Source: Massalongia carnosa (taxonomy: Eukaryota). From it: 64,000 nt of DNA. Position 1 is the first letter of the stretch. Each line of letters starts with the position of its first letter. Below, one piece after another: positions 50,405 to 64,000 of this stretch. Where the stretch lies: the NCBI GenBank assembly GCA_965645245.1, contig OZ287071.1:1116001-1180000 (forward strand), given 5' to 3'. Position numbers and translations under genes: made by a program. The notes beneath the pieces were generated by a model. The model was not told the origin of the DNA and did no database searches. It saw nothing but the letters and a program-made list of their open reading frames with translations.

Positions 50405-51987
50405 ATGGGTAAGAGAAAGAGGGTCCAGGCCGGGAATTATACGCTATCAATGGAAAATGATCAAGCTGCTACACCTGTATCATTGACAGCCGATGAATCC
50501 ACAGTAATCAACGGCAAACGAGCACGACTGCAATTTAAAGGGGATATACTGAATCCGACCATCCAAATAATCACCGGTAGCTATGAAAAAATTCTCCATG
50601 GAGTGACGGCATCGTTATCATGGCAAGCTGGGAGCCAGCTAAAAGCAGACCCAGAAGTTAAGTTTGCCGATACCTTTTTGTTTAATGCGCATGGCTCAGC
50701 GATACGATGTCTTGCCATTTCACCTCCCTCGTCATCAACAGCTGTGTCTAGCTCCCAAAAAGCCATACTTGCAAGCGGCAGCTCAGATCAAATCATCAAC
50801 CTTTATCATATTTCTACATCCGTCCCACCGCCGAGGAAAGGTGGAGCAACTCCAACGCCTTCTCTCCTGGCTAAAAAGACCAACGAAAACCCTCGGAATA
50901 GGGAGCTTGGGTCACTTCAACATCACAGTTCCAGCATCAATGCAATTTATTTTCCTACCCGCTCAAAGCTTCTGTCTGCGGCTGAGGATAGTACAATAGC
51001 AATCACGCGCACGAGAGATTGGACTGTACTTTCCACCATTAAAGCGCCCATCCCAAAAGCTCATGGCCGTCCAAGTGGAGACACCGCTCCATATGGAGGG
51101 GCTCCTAGTGGAATCAACGATTTCGCCGTTCACCCAAGTATGAAGGTCTTGGTGAGCGTCGGAAAGGGGGAGAAGTGTATGAGACTATGGAATTTAGTAA
51201 CTGGGAAGAAAGCAGGGGTTTTGAATTTTGCAAGAGACTTATTGCATGAAATCGGGGAAGGGCGACGGGGCAGTGGAGAAGGGAGGAAGGTAGAGTGGAA
51301 TTCCCTTGGCGAAGAGTTTGTTGTGGCCTTTGAGAAAGGTGCAATGGTTTTTGGCATGGTAAACTACTCTGCGGTAAGAATTCTAGATCAGAAAGCGCTA
51401 ACAGACAATTGCAGGATTCAAAGCCTAAATGCCGCATCTTCCCTTCACCTCCAACGAAGCTTCACCAGCTTCGCTACACCGAATTGTTGGCGGAAAATGG
51501 GCTAATATCTGAATACCTTACCGTTTCTACTGAAGATGGCCGCATCCTGTTCTTCATTACGGATACGGAAGTTGAAAATACAGTGTCAGAGTCTAGAACC
51601 AACCCAAAACTAGCAACTCTTCAACCCATTGGGCAAGTCGGTGGTATAGCAGACGGTTTGGACAGTCGAGTGAAAGACTACGAAATTTTAAGACTCACAA
51701 CACCTGGAAAATCTAACGAGAGCTTACTTATTGTTACTGGCAGCAGTGATGGAGCCATACGTCTCTGGATAGTTGATGAAATTCCACTTCTAATTAAACA
51801 AATCCCTTCGAACGGTGCCATTGACTCTGATGCCACTCAGGCTCAGACAGATGTTCCGCAAATCGGAAAACTATTAGGTGTCTACGAAACAGGAAATAGG
51901 ATTACATGCCTTAAAGCATATATAATGTCTGACCCTGCGGAAAACAAAACTTGTACCTCTTCAGATGATGCTATGGACAATTTATAA
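50405..51987 (+). CDS. MAK11: 60S biogenesis WD40 protein Mak11/PAK1IP1; intron 51359..51414
   Basis: QIITGSYEKILHG, FLFNAHGSAIRCLA, RELGSL, INDFAVHPS, LWNLVTGKKA and RITCL. Confidence 0.93.
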
Positions 51988-52779
51988 GCATAAAGGGCCA
52001 TAACTTCATAGGATGAACTGCCTTAAGCAGCACGGCGTGACTAGAGGTCTCCATACATTTAGTGGACCCAACCGATAATCAAACATCCAGAAACAGTATT
52101 GGTGATGGAGATGTTTCAGAAACTGATCGTTAACTTGTCCTGCTCATATGGAGTTTGCTGTCCGATTATAGGTTAGTTCGCTTGGGCCGCACGGCCGTCA
52201 CATTCCAAACGCTTTTGCAGAATAAATGTTTCTTGCCTGGTATAAAACTCCTTACGGACAGTACTAGTATCCCTTTTCACTGAAACACACCACGGTCTTA
52301 CTCAGTACGGAGTAACATTCCTATTGGAGAACTGTTAAGCTTATGCGCCAAAGATGTGATTAGTTTTGCCATACGGAGTACTCTATAGGTGGTTCTGGTA
52401 GAGTGTGAAAGGCACCTGGGCATAACAGTTTTTTCCGGCTCCAGCTTCCTTACATATTTAGGTAAACATAACTATAGTAATAGGGCTGAGCTTAACTACT
52501 TCTGGCGGCCCGCCGGCAATATGTACCACTTGGTTAGCGATCATGAACGGTTTGAATCACTCAAAAAGCTGTTACTCGGGAATACTACACTTTCGACCAC
52601 TGACATTACTTCAACTCTTGTTCCTCGCGGAATCTGTCTCGGCGCTGTTTTTGAGGGATTCGTTTTTATGAGCCATTTCATCAATCTGGTGGAAGCCCCA
52701 TTACAAATTAATATAAACCGAACAAAGACGAAAAGAGGAATCTACGCAGGCGTATCTCGTACGGTGAACTACCGCGATC

Positions 52780-54434
52780 ATGGCTACGAATGGCGATATG
52801 CCCTCAGATGACGACTCCCTTCCAGGGACCCCACCATTTGAAGCGGCCAATGGCCACGATAATGACGATATCGATGAAGAAGAGATCCTGGATAAACCGA
52901 AGTCTGCGCTCAAGAAAGCCCCCCGACCGGAACCAATCCCTGAGGCTGCGAGACCAGAGCTTCCAGAGCAACCTGATCCAGAAACCCTGGATGTTTCAAC
53001 GCTATCTCCGCTATCGCCCGAGATTATTGCAAGGCAAGCTACAATTAACATTGGCACAATAGGGCACGTGGCGCATGGCAAGTCCACAGTGGTAAAGGCG
53101 ATCTCCGGTGTACAGACTGTGCGGTTCAAGAATGAGCTAGAGAGAAACATTACTATAAAGCTTGGCTATGCAAATGCAAAGATATACAAGTGCGACAATG
53201 AAGGGTGTCCACGACCAACATGCTACAAAAGCTATAAAAGCGAAAAGGAAGTAGATCCACCTTGTGAGAGAGAGGGCTGTACTGGCCGCTACAGACTACT
53301 AAGACATGTCTCGTGGGTAATACCTCGGTTAGGGACAATGCGTCATGCTGACCTTTCTAATAAGTTTTGTGGATTGTCCTGGTCACGATATTCTTATGAG
53401 TACCATGTTATCAGGTGCCGCTGTTATGGACGCAGCTCTTCTCCTCATTGCTGGCAACGAGACTTGTCCTCAACCTCAAACATCGGAGCATCTAGCGGCA
53501 ATTGAAATCATGAAGCTTAATCACATTATCATCCTGCAGAACAAGGTTGATTTGATGCGTACTGAAGGCGCAGAGCAGCATTATCAATCAATCTTAAACT
53601 TCATTCGGGGCACTGTTGCAGATGGATCTCCAATCATTCCGATATCTGCCCAGCTGAAATATAACATTGATGCAATTAATGAGTATCTTGTGACTAAGAT
53701 ACCGGTCCCTCCTCGAGATTTCGGTGCGGTACCCCATATGATCATTATTCGGTCATTTGATGTCAATAAACCCGGCGCTGAAATAGAGGATCTGAAAGGC
53801 GGTGTTGCTGGAGGGAGTATTCTGACAGGTGTTCTAAAGTTGGGAGATGAGATCGAAATCAGACCTGGCCTAGTCACCAAAGATGAACAGGGGAAGATCA
53901 AGTGCCGTCCAATATTCAGCAGAGTCATATCGCTTTTTGCGGAACACAACGACTTGAAATTTGCAGTCCCGGGCGGTTTGATAGGTGTTGGAACTCGAGT
54001 TGATCCAACGCTGTGCCGCGCGGATCGCTTGGTGGGCTTCGTCTTAGGCTTGAAAGGACAACTACCAGCTATTTATACCGAGCTCGAAGTAAACTTCTTC
54101 CTACTTCGTAGACTATTAGGTGTCAAGACGGCAGACGGGAAGCAGGCCAAAGTCGGCAAGCTTACAAAGAACGAAGTTCTCATGGTCAATATTGGATCTA
54201 CGGCTACGGGGGCTAAAGTAATGGGAGTGAAAGCAGATGCGGCAAAGCTTAGCTTAACGAGTCCAGCCTGCACCGAGATAGGAGAGAAGATTGCGTTGAG
54301 CAGGAGGATCGATAAACATTGGAGACTTATTGGATGGGCGAACATTGTTGCGTAAGTCCAGCTTCCCCAATTATACGAAGACTCTTACTAAAATTGAGCG
54401 CAGGGGCAATACCCTTGAACCATCTCTCGAGTGA
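52780..54434 (+). CDS. GCD11: Translation initiation factor eIF2 gamma; introns 53313..53364 and 54352..54403
   Basis: [43 protein letters not shown] and HWRLIGW. Confidence 0.98.
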
Positions 54435-55382
54435 AGCTTTTGTCTTCACTACCTGCTTTGCATTCATTTCAAGCAAAATTGAGTAAGAGGAGGTCAAGGT
54501 TCTCCAAAAGGGAAGTTAGAGGCAATGGGGAGGCGCCCTGCTTGTACGTATCATAGATACAACCGATCATCTCCAGCCCAAAAGTGAATTTCCACTTTGA
54601 GCTAAAAAAAGATTGGAGAGCTTTGTATTAGGTGTGAAGCCCAACAGCTATGTACAGCTTTGCAGACCCCCCACATCATGAAGCGAGCAATGTCAACCAA
54701 TGTCTCTTCGTTGAGACATTTCACTACTAGCCCGTCGCTGCTGACCCCTAACTAGCTGATGCTTTAGGTTAGGTCAACTGGGGAGTTTGCCTTGAAGAGT
54801 AGCGATTGCTGAAATTCATCATTGCCTTTAACATATATCCAGTTCAAATTCAAGGCTGTCTTAAGGGAAGTGTGGATGAGTCTATGGCTAGTTTGTAAAA
54901 GTGAAAACTCACTTTGACAATGTCCATCTATACCTTGGGTATGAATAGTGTACTGATAGGCTAGAGTTCTTTAAGTTGCAGTAGATTAAGAGTGTCTTAC
55001 ACTCAAACAGACTGTAAAGGTGCTGATTTCCCTTCGAAGCTGTTCAATCATTATTTGTTCATAGCCAATTAATTCATTTAGCACACTATGTTGTATCTTA
55101 TGTAAGCTAAGTTAAGGTGCATTATGACTTCATACGGCGCACCACAGTGAATATTGATGCAGTTCTTCTTTTAGCTCTTCACTTTTAATATATTTCAGGA
55201 GCTTTCATTATTTAGAAACAACATTTCTTACCAGCACCCAACAAATCCTACCTCTTACCTGGAGACGCGTTAGTTTCTACATACTGTGTGCCTTCTCTTC
55301 GGGATCTTTCTACTTGGACTTTTTGAAGCTGGGAGGCAGCGCAACGTCTCGTGGATGAACGTTAACAAATACTTCCCCAACC

Positions 55383-58300
55383 ATGGCAGCAGCCCTTCCC
55401 ATACGGTTCACTGAGATTCTTCAGGTATGGCTGAGTTGGTGCTGGGAGTAGTTTGTTTCCATTGTTTGGCAAAGCTAACTTATCATTACCTTTAGCTGAC
55501 CCAAAACGAGATCGATGTATGTTTGGAACAAACTCTTCAGTCTGAGTAGAGACAGATGCCGAGGAAAGAGCTAACATTTAAACAGCCGACATCCATAGGC
55601 TTTAATAACTGCGTAAGACGATCTTCTTCTAGCATACATGCTATTCGACCCTAACCGTGTGGTAGACCTTGGAATCCGACCACTTTATATGTGTCCGCCA
55701 AAAGCTCAGCGAAGATGCTAATCCAGAAGTTATCATCATCAATCTCAAGAATAACAATGAGATCATCCGGAGACCAATCAAGGCTGACAGTGCCATCATG
55801 CACTGGAATAAGCAAGTCATTGCGCTTAAAGCAAATCAGCGAACCCTTCAAATCTTTGACCTGGCTCAAAAACTGAAGCTACAATCAGCCAATATGAACG
55901 AGGATGTTGTTTTTTGGAAATGGTTTAGCTCAACCTCCCTAGGCTTAGTTACGGATACTTCAGTCTATCATTGGAGCGTTTTCGATGCTAGTCAGACTGC
56001 TCCCATCAAGCTCTGCGAGCGAACTCCTAATCTTTCTGTAAGTATCCCGTTGCAAAGTAGTTAATATTGGCTAAGTGATTAACACATAGGGATGCCAAAT
56101 TATCAACTATCGCGTAAACGAGGATGAGAAGTGGATGGTTGTTGTGGGTATATCACAACAACAAGGTCGTGTTGTTGGTGCCCTTCAGCTTTACTCGCGA
56201 GACCGTGGAATCAGTCAAGCGATTGAGGCTCATGCGGCAGCATTTGGCAGTATCCGTCTCGAGGAAGCCCCTGCGGACACACGTCTCTTTACATTCGCCG
56301 TAAGAACTGCGACCGGAGCCAAGCTTCATGTGGTCGAAATCGACCACCAGCCAAACAACCCTATTTTCCCGAAGAAGGCCGTAGATGTGTATTTCCCTGC
56401 GGAGGCTACGAACGATTTTCCGGTGGCCATGCAAGTCTCCCAGAAGTACAGCGTTATCTACCTAGTCACCAAGTACGGATTTATTCATCTCTACGATCTA
56501 GAAACAGCAACCTGTATCTTCATGAACCGTATCTCCAGCGAGACTATCTTCACCACAGCTCCGGATTCCGACTCTTCTGGTATTATAGGCGTCAACCGTA
56601 AAGGTCAAGTACTGTCGGTCAGCGTTGATGAGAACACCATAATTCCTTACCTGCTCCAAAATCCCGCTAATGGTGCCCTGGCGCTCAAGTTGGCTTCGAG
56701 AGCGGGATTGGCGGGTGCTGATAGCCTCTATCAAAAACAATTCGATCAGCTTTGCACTCAAGGTAACTTTCAAGAGGCTGCCAAAATCGCTGCCAACTCA
56801 CCCCGAGGCTTCTTACGTACTCCCCAGACCATCGAGAGATTCAAGCAAGCTCCGCAAGTACAAGGCTCGCTCTCCGTAATCCTGCAGTATTTTGGAATTT
56901 TACTGGACAAAGGTTCGCTAAACTGGATAGAAAGCATCGAACTTGTTCGACCTGTGCTCGCACAGAGCCGAAAGCATCTACTTGAGAAGTGGCTGAAGGA
57001 AAACAAGTTGGAGTGCTCAGAGGAGCTGGGAGATGTGGTGCGAGTACATGATACTCAGCTAGCATTAAGTATCTACCTTCGAGCCAATATAGCCCAGAAA
57101 GTGGTGGCTGGGTTTGCGGAAACTGGACAGTTTGAAAAGATTCTCCCATATTCAAAGCAGAGTGGTTATCAACCGGATTTCGTACAGCTTCTACAGAACA
57201 TTATTAGGGTAAACCCTGAAAAAGGCGCCGAGTTCGCAACAGCATTAGCAAACGATGAAGGCGGCCCGTTGGTAGATATTGAACGTATTGTCGACGTCTT
57301 CCAGTCTCAAAACATGATACAGCAGGCGACAGCATTTCTCTTAGATGCTCTAAGGGATAATAAGCCGGAGCAGGGTCAACTGCAGACACGACTCCTGGAG
57401 ATGAATCTGGTAAACGCTCCGCAGGTTGCAGACGCCATCTTAGGTAATGAGATGTTCTCATACTATGACAAAGGTAGAGTTGCTCAGCTTTGCGAAAATG
57501 CTCAGCTGTATCAACGAGCATTGGAGAATTCGGATGACCCTGCTGCAAGGAAGCGGAACATTGTTCAAACCGACAAGCTGAACCCTGAATGGCTAGTTGG
57601 CTATTTTGGTCGCATGTCGTTGGAAGAATCGCTGGATTGCTTGAATGAGATGCTAAAGGTTAATATTCGTCAAAACTTACAAGCTGTTGTACAGATTGCT
57701 ACCAAATACTCGGATTTGTTAGGACCAAACCGTCTGGTGGATCTTTTTGAAAAGTACAGAACGGCTGAGGGGCTGTATTACTACCTCGGAAGCGTTGTGA
57801 ACCTCAGCGAGGACCCAGAGGTTCATTTCAAATATATCGAGGCTGCAACAAAGATGGGACAACTAACGGAAGTCGAACGTATCTGCCGTGATAGCAACTA
57901 TTATAATGCCGAGAAAGTCAAGAACTTCCTAAAAGAAGCCAAACTCACTGAACAGTTACCCCTCATCATCGTTTGCGATCGATTCAATTTCATCCATGAT
58001 TTGGTACTATACCTTTACCAGAATCAACAGTTCAAGTCGATCGAAGTATACGTTCAGCGCGTAAATCCAGCGAGGACGCCTTTCGTTATTGGAGCGCTTC
58101 TTGACGTTGACTGTGAGGAATCTATCATCAAGAACCTTCTGCAATCTATTGACCCTACTTCGATTCCCATCAACGATCTTGTTTCTGAGGTAGAATCCCG
58201 CAATCGACTTAAGCTACTTCTACCTTTTCTTGAGGCTACCCTTGCTTCCGGAAACCAGCAGCAAGCTGTTTACAATGCTCTTGCCAAGATTTATATTGAC

Positions 58301-60711
58301 AGTAACAATAATCCAGAGAAGTTTCTGAAAGAAAACGATATGTATGACACCCTTATTGTGGGGAAATATTGTGAAAAACGGGATCCAAATCTTGCATATA
58401 TTGCCTACCGAAAAGGTGAGAACGACCTGGAGCTTATTGGCATCACAAACGAAAACTCCATGTACAAGGCTCAATCACGCTACCTCCTGGAACGCGCCGA
58501 TCTTGAAATATGGTCTTTTGTCCTCAATGGCAATAACGTCCACCGACGATCGCTTGTAGATCAAGTTATATCAACTGCAGTACCGGAGTCTACTGATTCT
58601 GGGAAAGTATCTGTTGCCGTCAAGGCGTTCTTGGAGGCAGACTTGCCAGCTGAGCTCATTGAACTCCTGGAAAAGATAATACTTGAGCCATCTCCCTTCA
58701 GCGATAATGGAAGCCTTCAAAACCTACTCATGCTAACAGCCACAAAGGCTGATAAGGGCCGTCTCATGGACTACATTCACCAATTATCTGCTTACAATGG
58801 AGAAGAGATTGCGATCCACTGCATAGCTGTTGGTCTTTTTGAGGAAGCTTTCGAGATTTATAAGAAGGAGGACAACCATGCTGCAGCTACTCAAGTGCTT
58901 GTCGAGCATATCGTAAGCATAGATCGTGCCCAAGAGTATGCGGAACGTGTTGAACTACCTGAAGTGTGGAGCAAAGTCGCCAAAGCTCAATTGGACGGTC
59001 TGCGAATCAGCGATGCTTTGGAGTCTTATATTCGCGCAGGTGATCCTAGCAACTACAATGAAGTCATCGAAATTGCTACCCACGCTGGTAAGGATGAAGA
59101 GCTTATAAAGTATCTTCGCATGGCTAGACAAACACAGCGAGAGCCCGCCATTGATACCGCACTAGCATTCAGCTACGCTCGCACTAACCAGCTCAGCGAA
59201 CTGGAGGACTTTCTGCACGCAACAAATGTTACTGATGTCGAAGCCTCTGGAGACAAAGCCTACGCTGAAGGCTATCATCAGGCAGCAAAGATCTTTTTCA
59301 CAAGCATTTCGAATTGGGCAAAACTAGCCACCACTCTTGTGCACCTTGAAGAATACCAAGCTGCCGTGGAGTGTGCACGGAAGGCAAATAGTGTCAAAGT
59401 CTGGAAACAAGTTAACGAAGCTTGCGTTTTAAAAAGGGAATTCCGGCTAGCTCAAATCTGTGGTCTGAATCTCATTGTACATGCTGAAGAGTTGGAAGAT
59501 CTTGTCCAACAATACGAGCGCAACGGGTACTTTGACGAACTCATTTCGCTTCTCGAAGCCGGCCTTGGTCTTGAGCGCGCTCATATGGGCATGTTTACCG
59601 AGTTGGGTATTGCTTTATCTAAATTTCATCCAGATCGAACGATGGAGCATCTGAAGCTATTCTGGTCACGGATCAACATTCCTCGAATGCTTCGCGCATG
59701 TGAGGATGCTAATTTATGGCCTGAACTGATCTTTTTGTACTGCCATTTCGACGAATGGGATAATGCTGCTTTAGCAATGATGGAACGAGCAGCGGATGCT
59801 TGGGAGCATCATTCTTTCAAAGATATCGTCGTCAAGGTGACCAATCTTGAAATACTTTACCGCGCTCTGAATTTTTATATGCAGGAGCAACCACTGCTAC
59901 TTACGGATTTATTGCAGGCATTGACAGCACGGGTTGACGTCAATCGCGTTGTCCGGATGTTTGAGAAATCAGACAACATACCTATGATCAAGCCATTTCT
60001 TTTGAATGTTCAATCTCAGAACAAGAAATCTGTCAATAACGCTATCAACGACCTGCTGATCGAAGAGGACGATTACAAGACGCTACGTGACTCCGTTGAG
60101 AATTATGACAATTACGACGCTGTTGAACTGGCCTCGAGATTAGAGCGCCACGAACTTGTTTTCTTCCGTCAGATTGCAGCCAACATCTATCGGAAGAACA
60201 AGCGGTGGGAGAAGTCGATTTCCTTATCTAAGCAAGACAAGCTCTTCAAGGACGCCATCGAAACAGCAGCGCTCTCAAAAAAGAGCGATGTCACAGAAGA
60301 CTTGCTTCGCTATGTATGTGTTTCCTTTTTCACCCTTTTCTTGGTATCGCTGATTCAAGTCATTAGTTCGTCGATATTGGTAGTCGAGAGTGCTATGTTG
60401 GCATGCTCTACGCATGTTACGACTTAATCCCCCTTAACGTGGTCATGGAGTTATCATGGCGTCACAGCCTCACGGATTTCACAATGCCTTTCATGATTAA
60501 TTTCATGAGTCAGCAGGCGATGACGATTGAGACGCTGAGGAAAGATAACGAGGAGCGCAAAGCGCGCGAGGCCAAGGAGCAAAGGGAAGAGGATAGTACG
60601 CCAATTCTCGGTGGGTCCAGACTTATGCTCACGCAAGGGTCAACCACTCCGGTGCCATATACGCATACGAACGGCATTACCTCTCAACCAACCGGTTTCA
60701 GAGGGTTTTAA
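55383..60711 (+). CDS. CHC1: Clathrin heavy chain, 6 exons including two micro-exons
   Basis: MAAALPIRFTEILQ / LTQNEID / PTSIGFNNC / TLESDHFICVR, RRPIKADSAIMHW, CHCR repeats and ERAHMGMFTEL. Last intron 60314..60366. Confidence 0.98.
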
Positions 60712-61492
60712 AGGATACGATGTTAAATTTTCTGCCAAGGGTTCTCTACATTTAGCTGGGAATACCCCTCTCAAACAACAGAATGGTCATGATGTGGTTT
60801 CCAGATACCTTTGAGGAGTGGAGGAGGCATTCTATTCTTGATCTCTACGAAGGAAGGGAGAATCGGTAAAGGAAAGCTTTTGCAGTGATAGCTTACTGGT
60901 GCTGGTACTGGACTAGCTAGCTTGGCTGTATTCTATGCATGTGTATTCTAGTTTCGGAAATAAGGAAGAGGATCTTGATTCTATGTGTTGGGTGCTATAC
61001 CAAGTGAACGTATGCACATGTGATATTCTGGACAAGATGCTGTGCTTCCTAAAAATCAGCTCGGTTTACCTTTCAGCAAGCTATTCAATTTGCTCCGTTA
61101 TTAGGCGCGTTTCTCCTGAAACAATGGTTGAGATGGGAATTAACTTGTTGTTTTGAACACCGAATCATTCATTTCGTATGAATAATTGACCGAATGTGAA
61201 TAAATGAAAGAATGACGTATTTAGATAAGATTTGCATTACGTGTGTAAAATCAAGTTGTGCCCATACATGGATATGCTTTCTTCTTATCTACTGTCTCTT
61301 ATCGGCGACAATTCACAAGCGCCCACTCCCACGTGTTTTCTTTTGAGTTAGGACTCGTGGAATGCTCGCATATAAATAGGCCCTGCTCACAGCTTCACAT
61401 GTTCCCCAACCCCGTTATAACCCTTAATTGACTTCACGACACCTCTCTTTAACTCATACCGGGCTTGGTGGAAGCTCCATACCTCATTCATC

Positions 61493-64000
61493 ATGCCGAA
61501 TACAGAGCAGGACCAGTATTCAGAGCATTTCGATGCGGGCCATTCAGGGAAGGACCACTCAGTTCACCAAAGGCTGAGGGCCAATTCGGCGATAATGGAG
61601 ATGAAGAAGATTCTGGGTGCGAAATTCCCCACTAGGCACAATTGGTACTGGCGAAGGTGGGCGGCGTGTGAGATATCTTTGCTAACGAGTGGTTCTTGGC
61701 CTATTCAGTGGCCAATCGAGGCGAGATACGTGAAGTTCCCTTTTGCACCCGAAACACGGTGACTTCTTCTGCTAACATTTCGTGCCTAGCCATACGAGTA
61801 CGTTTTCTTTGAAGAACCTCACGACCAGGGAAAGGCAGCTTAGACGCGGTCATTGATATAGATCTTCCGGACGGTAAGCTTTTCGGTATAAGATCATTGC
61901 CCCTGTAGTGGGCTGGCAAAGACACCTTCGGCAGTGGGCTGATTTCTTGAAATCACTGCTAACCGGTCAATTCTTATTAGGCCCACGAGCTTTCGCTACT
62001 AACAGTAGCAGTGTTCAGGTAGCCTATGACCTCTATTTCCTCTACCCTGATACTAACGATAGTAGTTACGAGGACCGTCTTAGCATGCACAGGCAAAGTC
62101 AGTAGACATTGAGGCGGGTATTTATGGTGCCAGCTTACTGATCATGTGCTGCGTGCTTCAGAGGCAGATGAAGCATATGTGATTGGGAAGCGAGGACAAT
62201 ATACCCCTGTGGGAGCCTACCTGGCCGGAGATGAAATAATCAGGATTGCGAAACAGCACGCAGTTAACATGATCCACCCTGGGTATGGATTTCTCTCAGA
62301 AAATGCAGAGTTTGCACGAAATGTTGAAGCAGCAGGTCTAATCTTTGTCGGCCCAACTGCTGAAACTATAGATGCCTTGGGGGATAAGGTGTCTGCAAGA
62401 ACATTGGCTATCAAGTCAAATGTTCCAGTAGTACCTGGTACCGAAGGACCTGTCGAGAAGTTTGAAGATGTCAAAGCTTTCACAGATCGGTTTGGATTTC
62501 CAATCATCATCAAGGCTGCTTTTGGGGGTGGCGGACGTGGCATGAGAGTTGTACGGGAACAAGCAACGCTAAAAGATTCCTTCGAGCGAGCAACATCAGA
62601 AGCTAAGTCTGCTTTTGGCAATGGAACTGTGTTCGTTGAAAGATTTTTAGAAAGACCCAAACATATTGAGGTTCAGCTACTAGGAGACAATCATGGAAAT
62701 GTGGTGCATCTTTACGAGCGCGATTGCAGCGTCCAGCGGCGGCACCAGAAGGTGGTGGAACTCGCTCCTGCCAAAAATTTACCCATCGAGGTACGAGACC
62801 GAATCCTCAGCGATGCTGTCAAGCTCGCCAGGTCGGTCAGGTATCGAAATGCAGGCACCGCCGAGTTTCTGGTGGATCAACAGCACAGGCATTATTTCAT
62901 CGAAATCAATCCTCGCATTCAAGTAGAGCATACGATTACTGAAGAGATCACCGGCATTGATATCGTTGCAGCTCAGATACAGATTGCAGCTGGCGCAACA
63001 CTTCAGCAACTTGGATTAACTCAGGATCGTATAACTACTCGGGGTTTTGCTATTCAATGCCGAATTACTACCGAAGATCCCGCCAAGGGATTCTCTCCAG
63101 ACACGGGAAAGATTGAAGTGTATCGATCCGCTGGCGGCAATGGCGTCCGGCTGGATGGTGGAAATGGGTTTGCTGGTGCAATCATTACGCCTCATTACGA
63201 TTCAATGTTGGTCAAATGTACATGTCTCGCCTCTACCTACGAGATTGTTCGGAGGAAAATGCTCCGTGCACTTGTAGAGTTTCGGATCCGCGGCGTGAAG
63301 ACCAACATTCCTTTCCTGGGATCCTTGCTGACCCACCCTACTTTCATCGAAGGTACCTGCTGGACTACATTTATAGATGATACGCCAGAACTTTTTGCTC
63401 TAGTCGGTAGCCAGAACCGCGCGCAGAAGCTTTTGGCTTATCTAGGAGATATTGCGGTGAATGGTAGCAGCATCAAAGGTCAGATTGGAGAACCAAAATT
63501 CAGAGGTGATATTATCATGCCTAAGCTATACGATGACGATCATCAACATATCGATCCCTCCGTGCCTTGCACTGAAGGCTGGAAGGGGATTATAGATAAG
63601 GAAGGCCCGGAAGCATTTGCAAAAGCTGTTCGTGCAAACAAAGGATGTCTTGTTATGGATACTACATGGCGCGATGCCCATCAGTCCCTGCTCGCTACGA
63701 GAGTTCGGACTGTTGACTTACTAAACATCGCGAAAGAAACAAGTTATGCATATAGTAACGCGTACAGTTTAGAATGTTGGGGTGGAGCTACCTTTGACGT
63801 AGCGATGCGCTTCCTTTACGAAGACCCCTGGGACCGGCTACGAAGGTTGCGAAGGGCTGTCCCTAACATTCCGTTCCAGATGCTACTTCGAGGAGCTAAT
63901 GGTGTGGCCTATTCATCGTATGTTAATAGGAGTGCCATGAATACTCGAGCGTGCTAATTCGTGGTAGATTGCCGGACAATGCAATATACCATTTCTGTGA
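61493..64000 (+). CDS. PYC: Pyruvate carboxylase, 5' part; continues beyond the window
   Basis: Spliced KILVANRGEIPIRIFRTAHELS, biotin carboxylase motifs IHPGYGFLSEN, GGGGRGMR, RDCSVQRRHQK and INPRIQVEH, and carboxyltransferase motif DTTWRDAHQSL...WGGATFDV. Confidence 0.98.

Noticed and set aside
1..64000. CRISPR arrays, prokaryotic operons or a secondary-metabolite cluster
   Set aside because: Eukaryotic housekeeping neighbourhood with no repeat-spacer arrays and no PKS, NRPS or terpene synthase.

Overview
Eukaryotic, intron-containing DNA from a filamentous ascomycete (Pezizomycotina; short GT-AG introns with CTRAC-type branch points). A lichen-forming lineage is possible but cannot be shown from this sequence. 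The window opens with a Fot1/pogo-type DD35D DNA transposon (one frameshift, right TIR visible). About 17 apparently intact genes follow: a METTL21/EFM-type methyltransferase, ornithine decarboxylase, a Cys-rich/Ser-Thr single-pass membrane protein, a SOD-fold mitoribosomal protein, a conserved hypothetical protein, PIG-S, TRM140, COQ10, a PAP2 phosphatase, FAT1, MSM1, NXT1, SPP2, EAF1, MAK11, eIF2-gamma, clathrin heavy chain and pyruvate carboxylase (truncated by the window end). Between them lie decayed accessory genes (amidase, BTB protein, two unassigned relics), a Mutator-like relic and a ~250 bp MITE. The most notable unannotated signals are: (1) an ACG-initiated, proline-ending upstream ORF plus hairpins in the ODC leader, resembling the polyamine-sensing uCC but with a variant C-terminus; (2) a recurrent intergenic 9-mer TAC[AG]GAGTA; and (3) repeated local C-rich to G-rich strand-skew inversions. 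No tRNA, rRNA or CRISPR was recognised. All family calls come from motif recognition by eye, not database searches.
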